Assembly: GCF_006345805.1 (NCBI RefSeq)
Contig: NC_043000.1
Location: forward strand, 123,814,001-123,878,000
Source of the DNA: Octopus sinensis
Taxonomy: Eukaryota
DNA length: 64,000 nt
Direction of reading: 5' to 3'
Shown: piece by piece, positions 14,290 through 26,823 of the stretch
Numbering within the stretch: position 1 is the stretch's first letter
Layout of the letters: every line of letters begins with the position of its first letter
The notes under the pieces: model-generated
Seen by the model: only the letters and a program-made list of their open reading frames with translations
Told to the model about the DNA's origin: nothing
Databases searched by the model: none
Program-made: the position numbers and the translations under genes

Positions 14290-14390
14290 CAATTGAGGAT
14301 AAAATCTTTAAAAGAAATTATCAGTAGTCAGCGTGAGAAACCTCGTAAGAGAAAAAATCCGTAAATTCCTCCTCTTTGAAAATATTCATT

Positions 14391-14687
14391 TATATTATAT
14401 TGAGGGTACTACTATTCGTAGATACCAACACGCTAAGAGGGACCAATGCGGTCAAAACTACTAAAAATAAACAAAATTTTACCGAATGCAAAACTTCAAA
14501 ACACATCATTTTAAAAAATGCATATTCTGCATTTAAATGCGAAATCACATGTGGTATGTAACTGAATTCCTTTTTAAAATGATGTGTTTTGAAGTTTTGC
14601 ATTCGGTAAAATTTTGTTTATTTTTAGTAGTTTTGACCGCATTGGTCCCTCTTAGCGTGTTGGTATCTACGAATAGTAGTACCCTCA

Positions 14688-14697
<10 letters not shown>
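14391..14697. repeat. Apparently perfect inverted repeat, 127-bp arms and 53-bp loop
   Basis: 14391-14517 is the reverse complement of 14571-14697 with no mismatch seen. The right arm runs into (TA)n. Confidence 0.92.
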
Positions 14698-14728
<31 letters not shown>

Positions 14729-14776
14729 CATCACCATCATTGTTTAACATCCACCTTCCGTGCTAGCATGGATGGG

Positions 14777-14854
<78 letters not shown>

Positions 14855-14855
<1 letters not shown>

Positions 14856-15082
14856 GGGTTGGTGCATAATAATGACCACTTTTTTTCAACAAATTTTATT
14901 CAACAAAAACATCTTTAAATGATGGACTGACCATCTACTAAGCAAATGGGAAGCAGTAATTGAAGTAGATGGTGAATATGCTCCGGAATAATCATTTAAA
15001 GATGTTTTTGTTACATTTTGTTATTATTTTTGTTGAATAAAATTTGTTGGAAAAAAGCCGCAATAATTATGTACCAACCCAA
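14855..15082 (+). mobile_element. Mariner-derived MITE
   Basis: TIRs gggttggtgcataataat / aataattatgtaccaaccc. Internal mariner C-terminal remnant HLLSKWEAVIEVDGEY*. Confidence 0.8.
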
Positions 15083-15209
15083 TGCATAATATATGGGTGT
15101 ATATATGTATATACGTGTGTGTGTGTGTATTCCCCTACACACATAAACATTAGCATCTCTGTACAGTGGAAAAAGGATTTTCACTAAAAAGCAGCCCAAA
15201 AGAAATTAC

Positions 15210-15326
15210 CGTTTTGGCATAAGCTTTCATCCAGTCCATCACGGCAGTCATTGTAGCCATCACACTTCCAACTGAACGGAATACAGTTTCCATTGGAACA
15301 GCGAAACTGCTGGCTGGAACATGTTG
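15210..15326 (-). CDS. LDLa-repeat exon 2
   Basis: gtatttcag| acceptor and |gtaatt donor, 117 nt, phase 1-1. Translates (S)[38 protein letters not shown]. Confidence 0.93.
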
Positions 15327-15699
15327 CTGAAATACAACAATATTAATTAATATATCAATATTATTTCGTCATTATCATCATTGTTTTAATGTTCACTTTC
15401 ATCGTTCTTGCATGGATCAGACAAAATTCATTGAGACAGATTTTTCTATGGCTAGATGCCTTTCCTGTCGCCAACCTGCATTTGTTTCCAAGCAAGGTAA
15501 TTACCCACCTCTCCTCTCTTGTATGTTGGACAACAAAAGCCTTGACGTAGTCACAAGCCTCTTTGTTTACAAAAGCCATGCACCGTATGGCAACATGTTG
15601 GAAAACCTGGCCAGATGTGCCTTCATGGTTGACTGTATGCATACAACACTGCATGTGTTCAATTGCAAGGCTGTTGTTTGGCTTACAGAAACCAAGCAC

Positions 15700-16375
15700 A
15701 TAAAGACACATGCACATGCATGCATGCACACACATACATGCATGCATGCATGCACACACACAAATGTGCACACACACACATACACACTCTCATGAATACA
15801 CACATGCATACATACACACATACTCACACACACATGCACGCACAATGCACACACACATATACACATGTGCACACTTGCACATGCACACACACATACACAC
15901 ACACATGTGCATGCACATATGCGTGCATGAACACACACATACACTCTCAAGAATGCACACAAGCACACATACACACATACTCACACACACATGCACACTC
16001 ACATGCATATGCACAATGCACACACACACACGCAGACACATATACACATATGTGCACACTCAGACATGCACACACACACAATGTACACATACAACACTGC
16101 CTGTGTTCAATTGCAAAGCTGTTGTTTTGTTTACAGAAACCAAGCACATAAAGACACATGCACACACATACACAATACACATGCACACACATACACAATA
16201 CACATGCACACACACACATGTGCATACACACATATGCATGCTTGAACACACACATGCATACACAAAGGATAGGAAAGACATAGCTAGAGCACAGTGGATC
16301 ATAGACAATGGATCAGGAATCAGCCAGGGCTAAGCAACAACATCTGCAACAGGGATTTATTTGGTAGACTCCCAA

Positions 16376-16435
<60 letters not shown>
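15700..16435. repeat. Degenerate (CA)n/(CATG) microsatellite block
   Basis: Directly visible. Source of many His/Thr and Cys/Val pseudo-ORFs. Confidence 0.9.
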
Positions 16436-18699
16436 CCCTGTCTACACAAATGGATTTAAGTGCAAATTGTTTATGATGTTATTCAAATCAGAATATAGAA
16501 TAATAGAACTAATTTCTATGAGGGATTTAGTTTGGTGCTCCGCTAAGTTGTAGACCTAATCCATCTCCCAGTTTAATAACAATTTAAAATTTTGGTACAA
16601 GAACACCAATTTCAGAGAAGTGAGTAAGTCAATTACATCAACCCCAGTCCTCAACTGGTACTTATTTTATTGACCCCCTAAATGATGAAGGACAAGGCTG
16701 ACCTCAGAGAAATTTGAACTCAAACTGTAAAGATGGATGAAATGCCACTAAGCATTTTGCCCAGCATGCTAATGATTCTGCCAGCTCACTGCCCTGTCTC
16801 CCAGTTTAATAATACCACCAGGGTCCTTTGATGCCTTTAGTTGAGCTCACTGTCTTGCAAGCATTTTGGCCCAGTTTTCTGGAGTGAGGAAAACTTCCTT
16901 TCCCAGTTTCAGAAGCCTTGATAAAATAAAAATCCAGGCCATGGCCCTTCCCTCCCAGACTAGCAAAAAGAAAAACTAACAGTTATAACAATATTCATCA
17001 TTTCATGCGCCCTTTTCAACCCTAGCCAGGCTTATGGGCCCGGTTTCCTGGTTTCTGTGGCATATGTGTTCCCCCCCAGCTGGACAGGATGCCAGTCCAT
17101 CACAGTGTTACTCAAGAAACAGGAAGAAAGAGTGAGAGAAAGTTGGGGAGAAAGAGTACAGCAGGGGTCGCCACCACCCCCTACCAGAGCCTCTTGGAGC
17201 TTTTAGGTGTTTTTGCTCAATAAGCACACATAACGCCTGGTCTGGGAATCGAAACCGCGATCCTCCGACTGCAAGTCCGCTACCCTAACCACTGGGCCAT
17301 TGCGCCTCCACTATAACAATATTATCTATGAAAAATATATCCTCAAATGAAACATTATCATATTTATCTTTTATCTTTGACTTGTTTCATTCATTGGACT
17401 GCAGCCATGCTGGGACACTGCTTTAAAGGGTTTTAGTCACACAACATGCCCCCAGTACATGTTTTTTTAAGCCTGGCACTCATTCTATCAGTCTTTAGTG
17501 CTTAACTGCTACATTATGGCTCTTCTGTATCACCCTTAGCCTGAACAGCGACCTCAAGTACCAACACCCTTTGCACCCATCAAAGATGAAGGAGTTCAAC
17601 CACTGGCTACAGATTGACTACTCGGATATGAGTTAACACCACCACCAATGAGGACTCCCTACTTTCTTCAGTTTTGCTGACAGTAAAAACTACGAACCCC
17701 TTCATACTTCATACTTGTATAGTAAACACTAAGAGAGGAGGTGATCAAAAGCAATTGTGCTGATAAAGCTTTCCTATGGAAAAATATGATGCAAAAAAAT
17801 TATAGCAAAGTGGAATATATCTGTGTACTCTGATAACAAAAACATCAGGAAACTTTATCAGAAGAGGGCATTGTTATAAGCATTAGATTATGTTATTTCT
17901 CGTGAAACACTATGTGACATAGCCTTACACAAATATATTGTTTTCTGAATCAACTTTTGTCACTGCAAACAGTTGCTACATTCCTAAATTGTAATAAATC
18001 CTTGATTTTCTATTTCTGTTTTTCTTTTTTTTTTGTATGATTGTAAATTTAATTTTATTACTACTACATCTACTTCTATTACAACAATACCGACAACAAC
18101 AACAACTAATAATGATAATTATTATTATAATTATAATATGCCCTGATGCAGTACCAGATACTGGCTCTCATGGCTTCTGATCTTAACTGATTGGAAGTGT
18201 TATCATGTACATGTTTTGACTTGCTATAAAAGATGGGCTACAGCAAATATTCTGCTCAATACCACAGATTTGCTTGTCAGTTGCTTGATCTTAACCAGTT
18301 GACTATGTCCCTTGGTGGCTGACAATATGTGCATCTCTGATCATGAGCAGAAGTAGTGGGGAAACATCATAGCCATGTGTTGAAAGGAATTCTTGGAGGT
18401 TTGGATAATTCACTTTTGGAAACATGAGTGTTTCATTCAACATCCTTAAACAATCCTTATTCAGGGACCTTTTGAGCGGGATGGGCTACTCGACCAGAAG
18501 AAAATTCTAACTGGGCCCCCACCTGCAAGGTCCTGTGCTGTTTATCTTGATCACCATGTCATGCACATATGGTTGTGATGCATGTGCCTGGTGTACCCTT
18601 ATCAGACAGGTAGTTATGTTGGGTATACTGGGCTACCTATATTTTACCCCAGTGTCACTTTGATTGCATTTGCTGTTCTCTCACACAATGACAATAATA

Positions 18700-19335
18700 A
18701 TTCTTTATTTATTGCCCACAAGGGCCACACACAAAACAAAAAGAACAATACAACACAAAGGACAGTGAAGGTTTATCGGTAACATCTGTAAACAGTAAAA
18801 CAATAACAATTAACAATAAAGTATTAAACAAAGTAGGGGACCTCCATCCAGGGGCAACTTAGGAATCCCACACATGCTGGACATCTTGATCACCAAGGGT
18901 ACATCAGGCAAGCATCACTACCTCCTCATTCAGAGTAGATCCATTCACACAGGCCATCCTTGCCATATTTGCCCACCTTTCAATAAAAATACTGGGGGAC
19001 AGCACTCCTCTTTCCACCCTCACTTCCCTTTTCAAGTGGAACTTGAGAAAGTTGGTGAGGGCTTGGCCAAAGAGGAAGGCATCTATCTTCAGTCCTTTTT
19101 ATACCATCTGCCACACAACCTCTTTTGCTATAGCCATCAGGCTACAGGACAATCTGCACAATGGACTTGATCATCAGCCATATTCACTCTACATGCAACA
19201 GCAGCTGTTCAACAAAGCTCCACATGTCAGCAACAGCCAGACACTGTACGACTGCATGCAGAATGGTTTCATGGCTCTGTGTGCATCTCAGACAGATCCC
19301 TTTGACAGCACTTCCATGCCTGAAGAGCTTATAAT
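18700..19335 (-). mobile_element. L1/Tx1-like LINE 3' fragment
   Basis: zf-RVT-like CLRCTQSHETILHAVVQC..W, then IAKEVVW..REVRVER..F.ERW. T-rich 3' UTR ends cccttgtgggcaataaataaagaa. Confidence 0.65.
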
Positions 19336-20112
19336 AATAATGATGACAATGATAACAATGATGATATTTTTAATGTAGGCACAAAATCAAAGATTTGGGA
19401 GAGGTAGTCAGTTGATTATACCAACACCAAGACGTCACTGGTACTTTATTTTGTTGGTCCCAAAGAGCAGGATTTAAACTCCAAATTTAATAATAATAAT
19501 TGCATCTAACTTGGGCATAAGGTCTGAAATTTGGGAGTGGGGAATAGTCAATTATATTGAATCCCAAGTATTTGACTTTTACTTTATTTCATCAACCCCA
19601 GAAGGAGGAAGGGCAAGTTGTCTTTAGTAGAACTTGATAAAAGGAGATTGCTCCCAACCAATCCTGTTTTCTTCCAATGATAAATGATGAACTTAAGACT
19701 AAAGTGAAATTGGAGCTGATGTTCATATTTTTCTCACGAGTATTAGTAGTCACTGTGAAGTCAAACTGCTCCAACTAGGACTACAACACAGGTAATGGAA
19801 TCTATCCAATCAGAACTTTAGATAATTAGTTCAACATATAACTTAATTACTTTATCACTACACTTCTCTAATAATTCACCCTTTCCAAGAGAATCGAATT
19901 GTATTCACTGGTAACCCTTTTACATTCTTAGTTATTTCAGTTATTAAACTGTAGCCATACTGGAGTACAAAGTCAGGCTTTAAAACAAAAAAATAAGTAG
20001 TGAGGTTGATTTGCTCAACTAAAATTCTCCAAAGCATTGCCCCAGCATGACCACAGTCTAATGACTGAAACGAGTAAAAGATAATAAAGGATAAATGGTA
20101 AAAGCTACATAC

Positions 20113-20266
20113 ATGTCAAAGTGGTTCGTCTGTTGGAATCAACAGCACTGCAATTATTTTCATCACTGCCATCATCACAATCTACAAATCCATCACAGAG
20201 TTTTTCCATAGGCAGACACACACCGGACAGACAGTGAAAACTGTTTCCAGAACAGGAAATTTTAAC
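20113..20266 (-). CDS. LDLa-repeat exon 1
   Basis: tttttccctctcattccag| acceptor and |gtatgt donor, 154 nt, phase 0-1. Translates [51 protein letters not shown]. Confidence 0.92.
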
Positions 20267-21017
20267 TGGAATGAGAGGGAAAAAGTAATTAGTATATATA
20301 ACCTTTTTTTAGTGGAATAGAATGTATATCACCTGGAGTCACCCTTGAGTTTGCTTCCTTCCCCAACAAGCCCCCAAGTCTACACTGGCTTATACAGCAG
20401 ACCCAAAGTGCTCCACCATATAAGCATCACCTGGAGTAGCATGCACACCCAGCACTCTGCATCACTCTAGCTACACTGTTAATCCTCATCCTTTTAATAC
20501 CACTCCAACTATGATAGAGGGGTGTAAAAGGGATGTCAGGTTGTAAAAGGGATACAAGGTTATACCAGCTGGAAAGGGAAAAAGATGGTGATGGGGAAGT
20601 ATCAGAGCATGGGCCTTAAAGTACAAGAAGATAAATATAAGAGAGAATAGAGTCAGGGGATTGAGGAGAATGGATGGGGGAATTCATAAAAGTGTGACAA
20701 GAGAGTGAGAGATAGTTAGGAAATAGGGATAGAGGTGAATGCAATGAAGGGTAACCATGGGTGGAGGTGTGGTCATGCTAGCAAATTTACTGTTTATTGT
20801 TCTTATATATCAGAACCATCATTTTAATAGAGCTATGAGCAAGGAATTCAGTGTTTGCTGCTAATGATGCATAACAATACAGAAACACATGCATCCCATA
20901 ATAGAATGATATCATTTCTGAATCAAAAGGTCTTCCCACATTTGAGTATTTGAGTGTAGAAATTATCCACCTTGGTCTCAGGTCTACCACGAGGCTGATT
21001 TTCAAGAGTAAACTCAC

Positions 21018-21127
21018 CAGACCAGAACTTCTCAAACCATCATTGTACAGTGCGCTCATTTTGAGCTGTCTGGGATGCATTGGTTCCATGACAGAACTCA
21101 TATTCATAAACAACACAATTTTTTTAT
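21018..21127 (-). CDS. Candidate linker exon of the LDLa gene
   Basis: Strong |gtgagt donor in phase 0 (needed by the 20266 exon) and a weak gatag| acceptor in phase 1 (matches the 26399 donor). 110 nt, open: (D)KKIVLFMNMSSVMEPMHPRQLKMSALYNDGLRSSGL. Confidence 0.4.
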
Positions 21128-22815
21128 CTATCCATAGGTTCACAAAAATTGATTTACAAGAGAAAACTCACAATATAATCAGACACCATGAATTGCATTT
21201 TGAAAAGAATTGTCAGGATAAAAGATTAGAGTTAATGAGTGCCAAACTTGGTGCATAAGAAAATCAGATATTTCATTCTTAATGACCTGATATGTGTGTG
21301 TGTGTGTGTGTGTGTGTAGGCACATGGCTTAGTGGTTAGGGTGTCAGCATCATGATTGTAAGATTGTGGTTTCGATTCCTGGACCGGGTGACGCGTTGTG
21401 TTCTTGAGCAAAACACTTCATTTCACGTTGCTCCAGTCCACTCAGCTGGCAAAAATGAGTAACGCTGCAATGGACTTGCATTCCATCCAGCTAGGGAACA
21501 CATATGCCATAAAAACCGGGAAACCAGGCCCATGAGCCTGGCTAGGCTTTAAAAGGGCGCATTTATTTCCTGCGATGAACTGGCATCCCGTCCAACTGGG
21601 GAGAACACATACACCACAGAAACCGAGAAAAGGCTTGAAAAGGGTGACATTTATCATTTTATATATATATATATGTTGCTTGGCTCTTCAATAAGACTCA
21701 GTATGATTGTCTTATATAAGGAATGAGAAGACTTTGAAGCCAATGTCTGTAACTCTAGGAATGATGATGTGGTGGAGAGTGGCTGAAGATAATTCGGTTA
21801 TAGATAATAGTTTGTGTATAAGCTGTTAGAAACCACCCTTCCCCTCGCCCTGTGTACTAACAGCTGTTGACTTCTCCGTGCTTGTATGATATACTTATAT
21901 AATTTCAATGTGCTTCTCTGTGTGTGTTGTGTATGTGTGGGTGTTTTTGTGATGTGTGTGGGTGGGAGGGATGAGGGGGAGGTCTCTCATTAACCAGATT
22001 GAACCTTAAGCTCTATGTCATGTGTGTGGTGTAAATGTACTATCTCTGAGTACATGTTGTTTAACCCCTGGTTGTCCTTCATTGAGCACACTTACGCTCT
22101 CATCAAAGCCATTTATGCCATGACCATCCCTTTTTATTTTTCATTTTCTATTCCAAAATAGTGTCCCTTAGATGACATTATCCAATTTGTCCTTTCACTA
22201 AAATGGTAGAGCATGGGTAGCAGATTTGGTTGCGATTTCTAGCAGATCAAATAACCACATACAAACATATAGTGCATATGTGCAGTTGAGGATTGTGTAG
22301 CCCTAGGTCAGCCATGATTAAGCAGACCTATGATCCATGGGATTCCAGTCATGACCAGCTTATTATATGTAAATTCTTTTATTCTTTTATTCTTTTACTT
22401 GTTTCATATTTCTTTATTGCCCACAAGGAGCTAAACATAGAGGGGGAAAACAAGGAGAGACAAAGGGATTAAGTTGATTACATCGACCCCAGTGCATAAC
22501 TGGTACTTAATTTATCGACCCCGAAAGGATGAAAGTCAACCTTGGCGGAATTTGAACTCAGAATGTAGCGACAGTCGAAATACCTATTTCTTTATTACCC
22601 ACAAAGGGCTAAACACAGAGAGGACAAACAAGGACAGACAAACGGATTAAGTCGATTTTATCAACCCCAGTGCGTAACTGGTACTTATTTAATCGATCCT
22701 AAAAGGATGAAAGACAAAGTCGACCTTGGTGGAATTTGAACTCAGAACGTAGCGGCAGACGAAATACTGCTAAGCATTTCACCCGGCGTGCTAACGCTTC
22801 AGCGAGCTCACCACC

Positions 22816-23204
22816 TTTACTTGTTTCAATTATTTGACTGCAGCCATGCTGGAGAACTACCTTTAGTCAAATGATTTGACCCCAGGACTTATTCTTTGTA
22901 AGCCTAACACTTATTCTGTCGGTCTCTTTTGCCAAACCACTAAGTTACGGGGATGTAAACACACTAACATTGTCTGTCAAGCAATGGTGGGGGGACAAAC
23001 ACAGACACACAAATATATACATACATATGTATATATATATACGATGGGCTTCTTTCAGTTTCCATCTACCAAATCACCTCGCAACGCTTTGGTTGACCCG
23101 AGGCTATAGAAGAAGACACTTTCCCAAGGTGTCACACAGTGGGACTGAACCCAGAACCATGACGGTAGGAACCAAGCTTCTTACCACACAGCCATGCCTG
23201 TGCC
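22816..23204 (-). mobile_element. SINE family A
   Basis: Reverse complement of the consensus. Further copies or halves at ~2330-2460, 4000-4160, 10278-10612, 11945-12105, 25355-25770, 29490-29650, 36300-36500, 40585-41192, 53215-53800 and 57205-57642. Confidence 0.8.
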
Positions 23205-23276
23205 TATATATATATATATATATATAAAGTACCAGAAATATACTTTGGGTATGGCAGATGAATTCAGTAAAATTTA

Positions 23277-23391
23277 GATTCAGATGAATATGGTACTTAA
23301 GTTGAGGCACCAGAATTTAGTACGGTATTATCTATACAATTTCAAAGTAAGGTGATTAAAATCAAAATAAGCAACAAGGATATCCTTGTTG

Positions 23392-23426
<35 letters not shown>

Positions 23427-24249
23427 AGCAACAAGGATATCCAGATATAATGCAGTACAATCATTTCACACAACTCCATTTAATTGAACAATGCAATCAT
23501 TACAACAATTTAAAATGTAGAGCAATCTTCAGTTCACAAAGACATAGAATTTAATTGAATTAGAACAGATGGACACATTAGTATAATTATACCTAAAATC
23601 TCCAAGAAGTTAAGGAGATAGTCAAAGAACAGGCTGTCTCACTCCAGTTTAGAAGTTACTGAGTTTTCAAGAAGATATACATTGTTACAGACTCTGCCTG
23701 TCACTGATTTTTTTTGTTTTTAAGGGGTCAGTTTTAATTTATAGACTAGTTTATCAAATCCCTTGTAAATCTAAGGCTGAGAGAACAGAGGGCAGTGTCT
23801 GTTAGGGGTAAGGCTGAGGGAGCAGACAGACATCATAGTTGATATAGTCATAAAAATCAAGATTTATTAGAAGCAATATCATGAGGTTTGGTAAAGGAAA
23901 ACTTAAAACAAGATGTTAGCTGATAATTAAGGGGGTCATCCACTAGCAGACCATTGATAATGAAACAGGGGAAGTCTTATCATGTACATGATAAGTCTTC
24001 CCCTGTTTCATTATCCATCTGTTCTAATTTAATTAAATTCTATGTCTTTGTGCAGCTGAAGATTGCTCTGCATTTTAAATTGATGTAATGATTGCATTGT
24101 TCAATTAAATGGAGTTGCATGAAACAAGCGTACTGCATTACCTCTGGATATCCTTGTTGGTTATTTTGATTTTAATCACCTTATTTTAAATTGTATGGAT
24201 AATACCGTACTAAATTCTGGTGCCTCAACTTAAGTACCGTATTCATCTG

Positions 24250-24253
<4 letters not shown>
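23277..24253. repeat. Fold-back element with ~250-bp diverged arms
   Basis: gattcagatgaatatggtacttaagttgaggcacc.. versus ..ggtgcctcaacttaagtaccgtattcatctgaatc. Internal ~57-bp near-palindrome at ~23958-24014. Confidence 0.85.
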
Positions 24254-24303
<50 letters not shown>

Positions 24304-24323
24304 ATATATATATATATATATCT

Positions 24324-24375
<52 letters not shown>

Positions 24376-24378
<3 letters not shown>

Positions 24379-25205
24379 ATAAGCAACAAGGATATCCAGA
24401 TATAATGCAGTACAATCATTTCACACAACTCCATTTAATTGAACAATGCAATCATTACAACAATTTAAAATGTAGAGCAATCTTCAGTTCACAAAGACAT
24501 AGAATTTAATTGAATTAGAACAGATGGACACATTAGTATAATTATACCTAAAATCTCCAAGAAGTTAAGGAGATAGTCAAAGAACAGGCTGTCTCACTCC
24601 AGTTTAGAAGTTACTGAGTTTTCAAGAAGATATACATTGTTACAGACTCTGCCTGTCACTGATTTTTTTTGTTTTTAAGGGGTCAGTTTTAATTTATAGA
24701 CTAGTTTATCAAATCCCTTGTAAATCTAAGGCTGAGAGAACAGAGGGCAGTGTCTGTTAGGGGTAAGGCTGAGGGAGCAGACAGACATCATAGTTGATAT
24801 AGTCATAAAAATCAAGATTTATTAGAAGCAATATCATGAGGTTTGGTAAAGGAAAACTTAAAACAAGATGTTAGCTGATAATTAAGGGGGTCATCCACTA
24901 GCAGACCATTGATAATGAAACAGGGGAAGTCTTATCATGTACATGATAAGTCTTCCCCTGTTTCATTATCCATCTGTTCTAATTTAATTAAATTCTATGT
25001 CTTTGTGCAGCTGAAGATTGCTCTGCATTTTAAATTGATGTAATGATTGCATTGTTCAATTAAATGGAGTTGCATGAAACAAGCGTACTGCATTACCTCT
25101 GGATATCCTTGTGGTTTTATTTTGATTTTAATCACCTTATTTTAAATTGTATGGATAATACCGTACTAAATTCTGGTGCCTCAACTTAAGTACCGTATTC
25201 ATCTG

Positions 25206-25209
<4 letters not shown>
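24376..25209 (+). repeat. Near-identical tandem copy of 23421-24253
   Basis: Offset 955-956 bp. The only difference noticed is near 25110 (gtggtttta vs gttggtta). Both copies start after (TA)n and end in (TC)n(TA)n. Confidence 0.92.
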
Positions 25210-25255
<46 letters not shown>

Positions 25256-25256
25256 G

Positions 25257-25327
<71 letters not shown>

Positions 25328-26030
25328 AGGTCTACCGTCTTTACTATTGGTTTCGTATTCACAGGCATAGCTGTGTGGTTAAGAAGCTCATTTTGCAACC
25401 GCATAGTTTCAGGTTCATTCTCCAATGCTGGCACCTCTTCTTTTATAGCCCCAGGTCATCCAATGCCTTGTGAGTGAATTTTGTAGACAGAACTGGGTGA
25501 AAGTTCATTGTATATGTGCGTGCATGTGTGTGTGCATGCGTGCATGTGTAAGTGCATGTATGTGTGCATTTGTATTGGTGTTTGTACCCACTACCATCAC
25601 TTGACAACCAGTGTTGGTTTGTTTACATTCCTCTAACTTAGCAGTTTGACAAGAGAGCAATAGAATAGACACCAGACTTACAAACAAGTACAGGGGTCAA
25701 TTTAGTTAACTAAACCCTTCAAGGTAGTGCCCCAGCATGACCATATTCTAATGACTGAAATGAGTAAAAGATTAAAATTAAACGATTTCAGCCTATCCTG
25801 AATACTCACTCCTGGCACATATCCAATATATATAAACTTAACCAAATACACACACACACACACACACACATAAACTCACTAGATTTTCTCATTCCTCCAT
25901 TTAAGAATGTTCATATTTTTATTATTTTTTCCCCCTTTCTATAATTCCTGCATTTTTTTATTTTCTCTCAAGTAATTTATTGAATCCATATACCATACAG
26001 TATAGGATATCAATATGTATTGATAGCATA

Positions 26031-26223
26031 TACTGTATTTTCACAAATATAAGGAACCCTCATGTATAAGGAAACCCTTAATTTGGGGGGGGGCTTAAAA
26101 TTTGGAAAATATGTTTTGTAATAGATTATAATACTATCCATGCATAAGAAACTCCCATATTTTTTAAACCCAATTTTTGATTTAAAAAAAGGTGGGGTTC
26201 CTTATACACGTTAAAATACAGTA
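26031..26223. mobile_element. pogo/Tigger-type MITE
   Basis: Ends tactgtattttcacaaatataagg / ccttatacacgttaaaatacagta, with TA termini. Confidence 0.55.
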
Positions 26224-26398
26224 ATACACACCTTTTTTTCCTAAAAAAATGTCACAAAAAATCACCCTAGGTCCAATATGCAAAGCTGGGCCTCCCATAA
26301 GTTTTAATGCACTAAAGCTTTTTTCTTAAATATGCACTATGTTAGGGTGCATCTAATATGAGCAATACATCTTTTATGTCATCAAATACAGTTCTTAC

Positions 26399-26554
26399 CT
26401 TCATTTTCTGATGCTTGGTGTGTTGTGGTTGTTGCAGGAGTAAACTGGGTGACAATTTCTTTGCCATCCTCTGTTAAACAAGATGGAGCTTGACTCAAAC
26501 TGTTACATAACGCATCAAGGAAGGATGCAAACTCTTTGCAATTTCTTTTTATGT
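26399..26554 (-). CDS. Cys-containing, Thr-rich linker exon, probably of the LDLa gene
   Basis: ttgtttgtttcag| acceptor and GAAG|gtaaga donor, 156 nt, phase 1-1. Open: (D)IKRNCKEFASFLDALCNSLSQAPSCLTEDGKEIVTQFTPATTTTHQASENE. Confidence 0.65.
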
Positions 26555-26823
26555 CTGAAACAAACAACATAAAACAAAAACAAACAAAAATGTTTTTGCA
26601 TTTATTAAAATTTATATGGTAACATTCATTCATTGGTTGAAATAGTCAACCATCTTAACTGTTAACTGATAATACTTTTGCAGAAGGTAAAATTCTACAA
26701 GACCAAAATATAATTATCCTCTTGATGACTCTGATGGAAATAAGGTTATAGGTACTTGTGGTAAAAACTGTTGAAGGTTTTCTCCGATAAATAATGTTTT
26801 ATAATTTTATCATTACATTTTTA

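Noticed and set aside
15361-16333. Many long His/Thr and Cys/Val ORFs (also at 27349-27898, 29025-29588, 44447-44956 and 47700-51782)
   Set aside because: Translations of (CA)n/(TA)n repeats, which lack stop codons.
17929-17983. Exon-like segment on the minus strand (tttag| .. |gtaagg)
   Set aside because: Stops in all three frames, and exons 20113 and 15326 already join in phase. At most a poison or pseudo-exon.
20787-21143. 118-aa ORF as a stand-alone gene
   Set aside because: No domain similarity. Only the part before the gtgagt donor is plausible as an exon. The LKIS repeated after the donor and at the next exon start is probably coincidence.
26399-26554. Frizzled cysteine-rich domain (corin-like gene) assignment
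   Set aside because: Cys spacing only loosely fits the end of an FZ domain, and no exon encoding the first part of an FZ domain was found.
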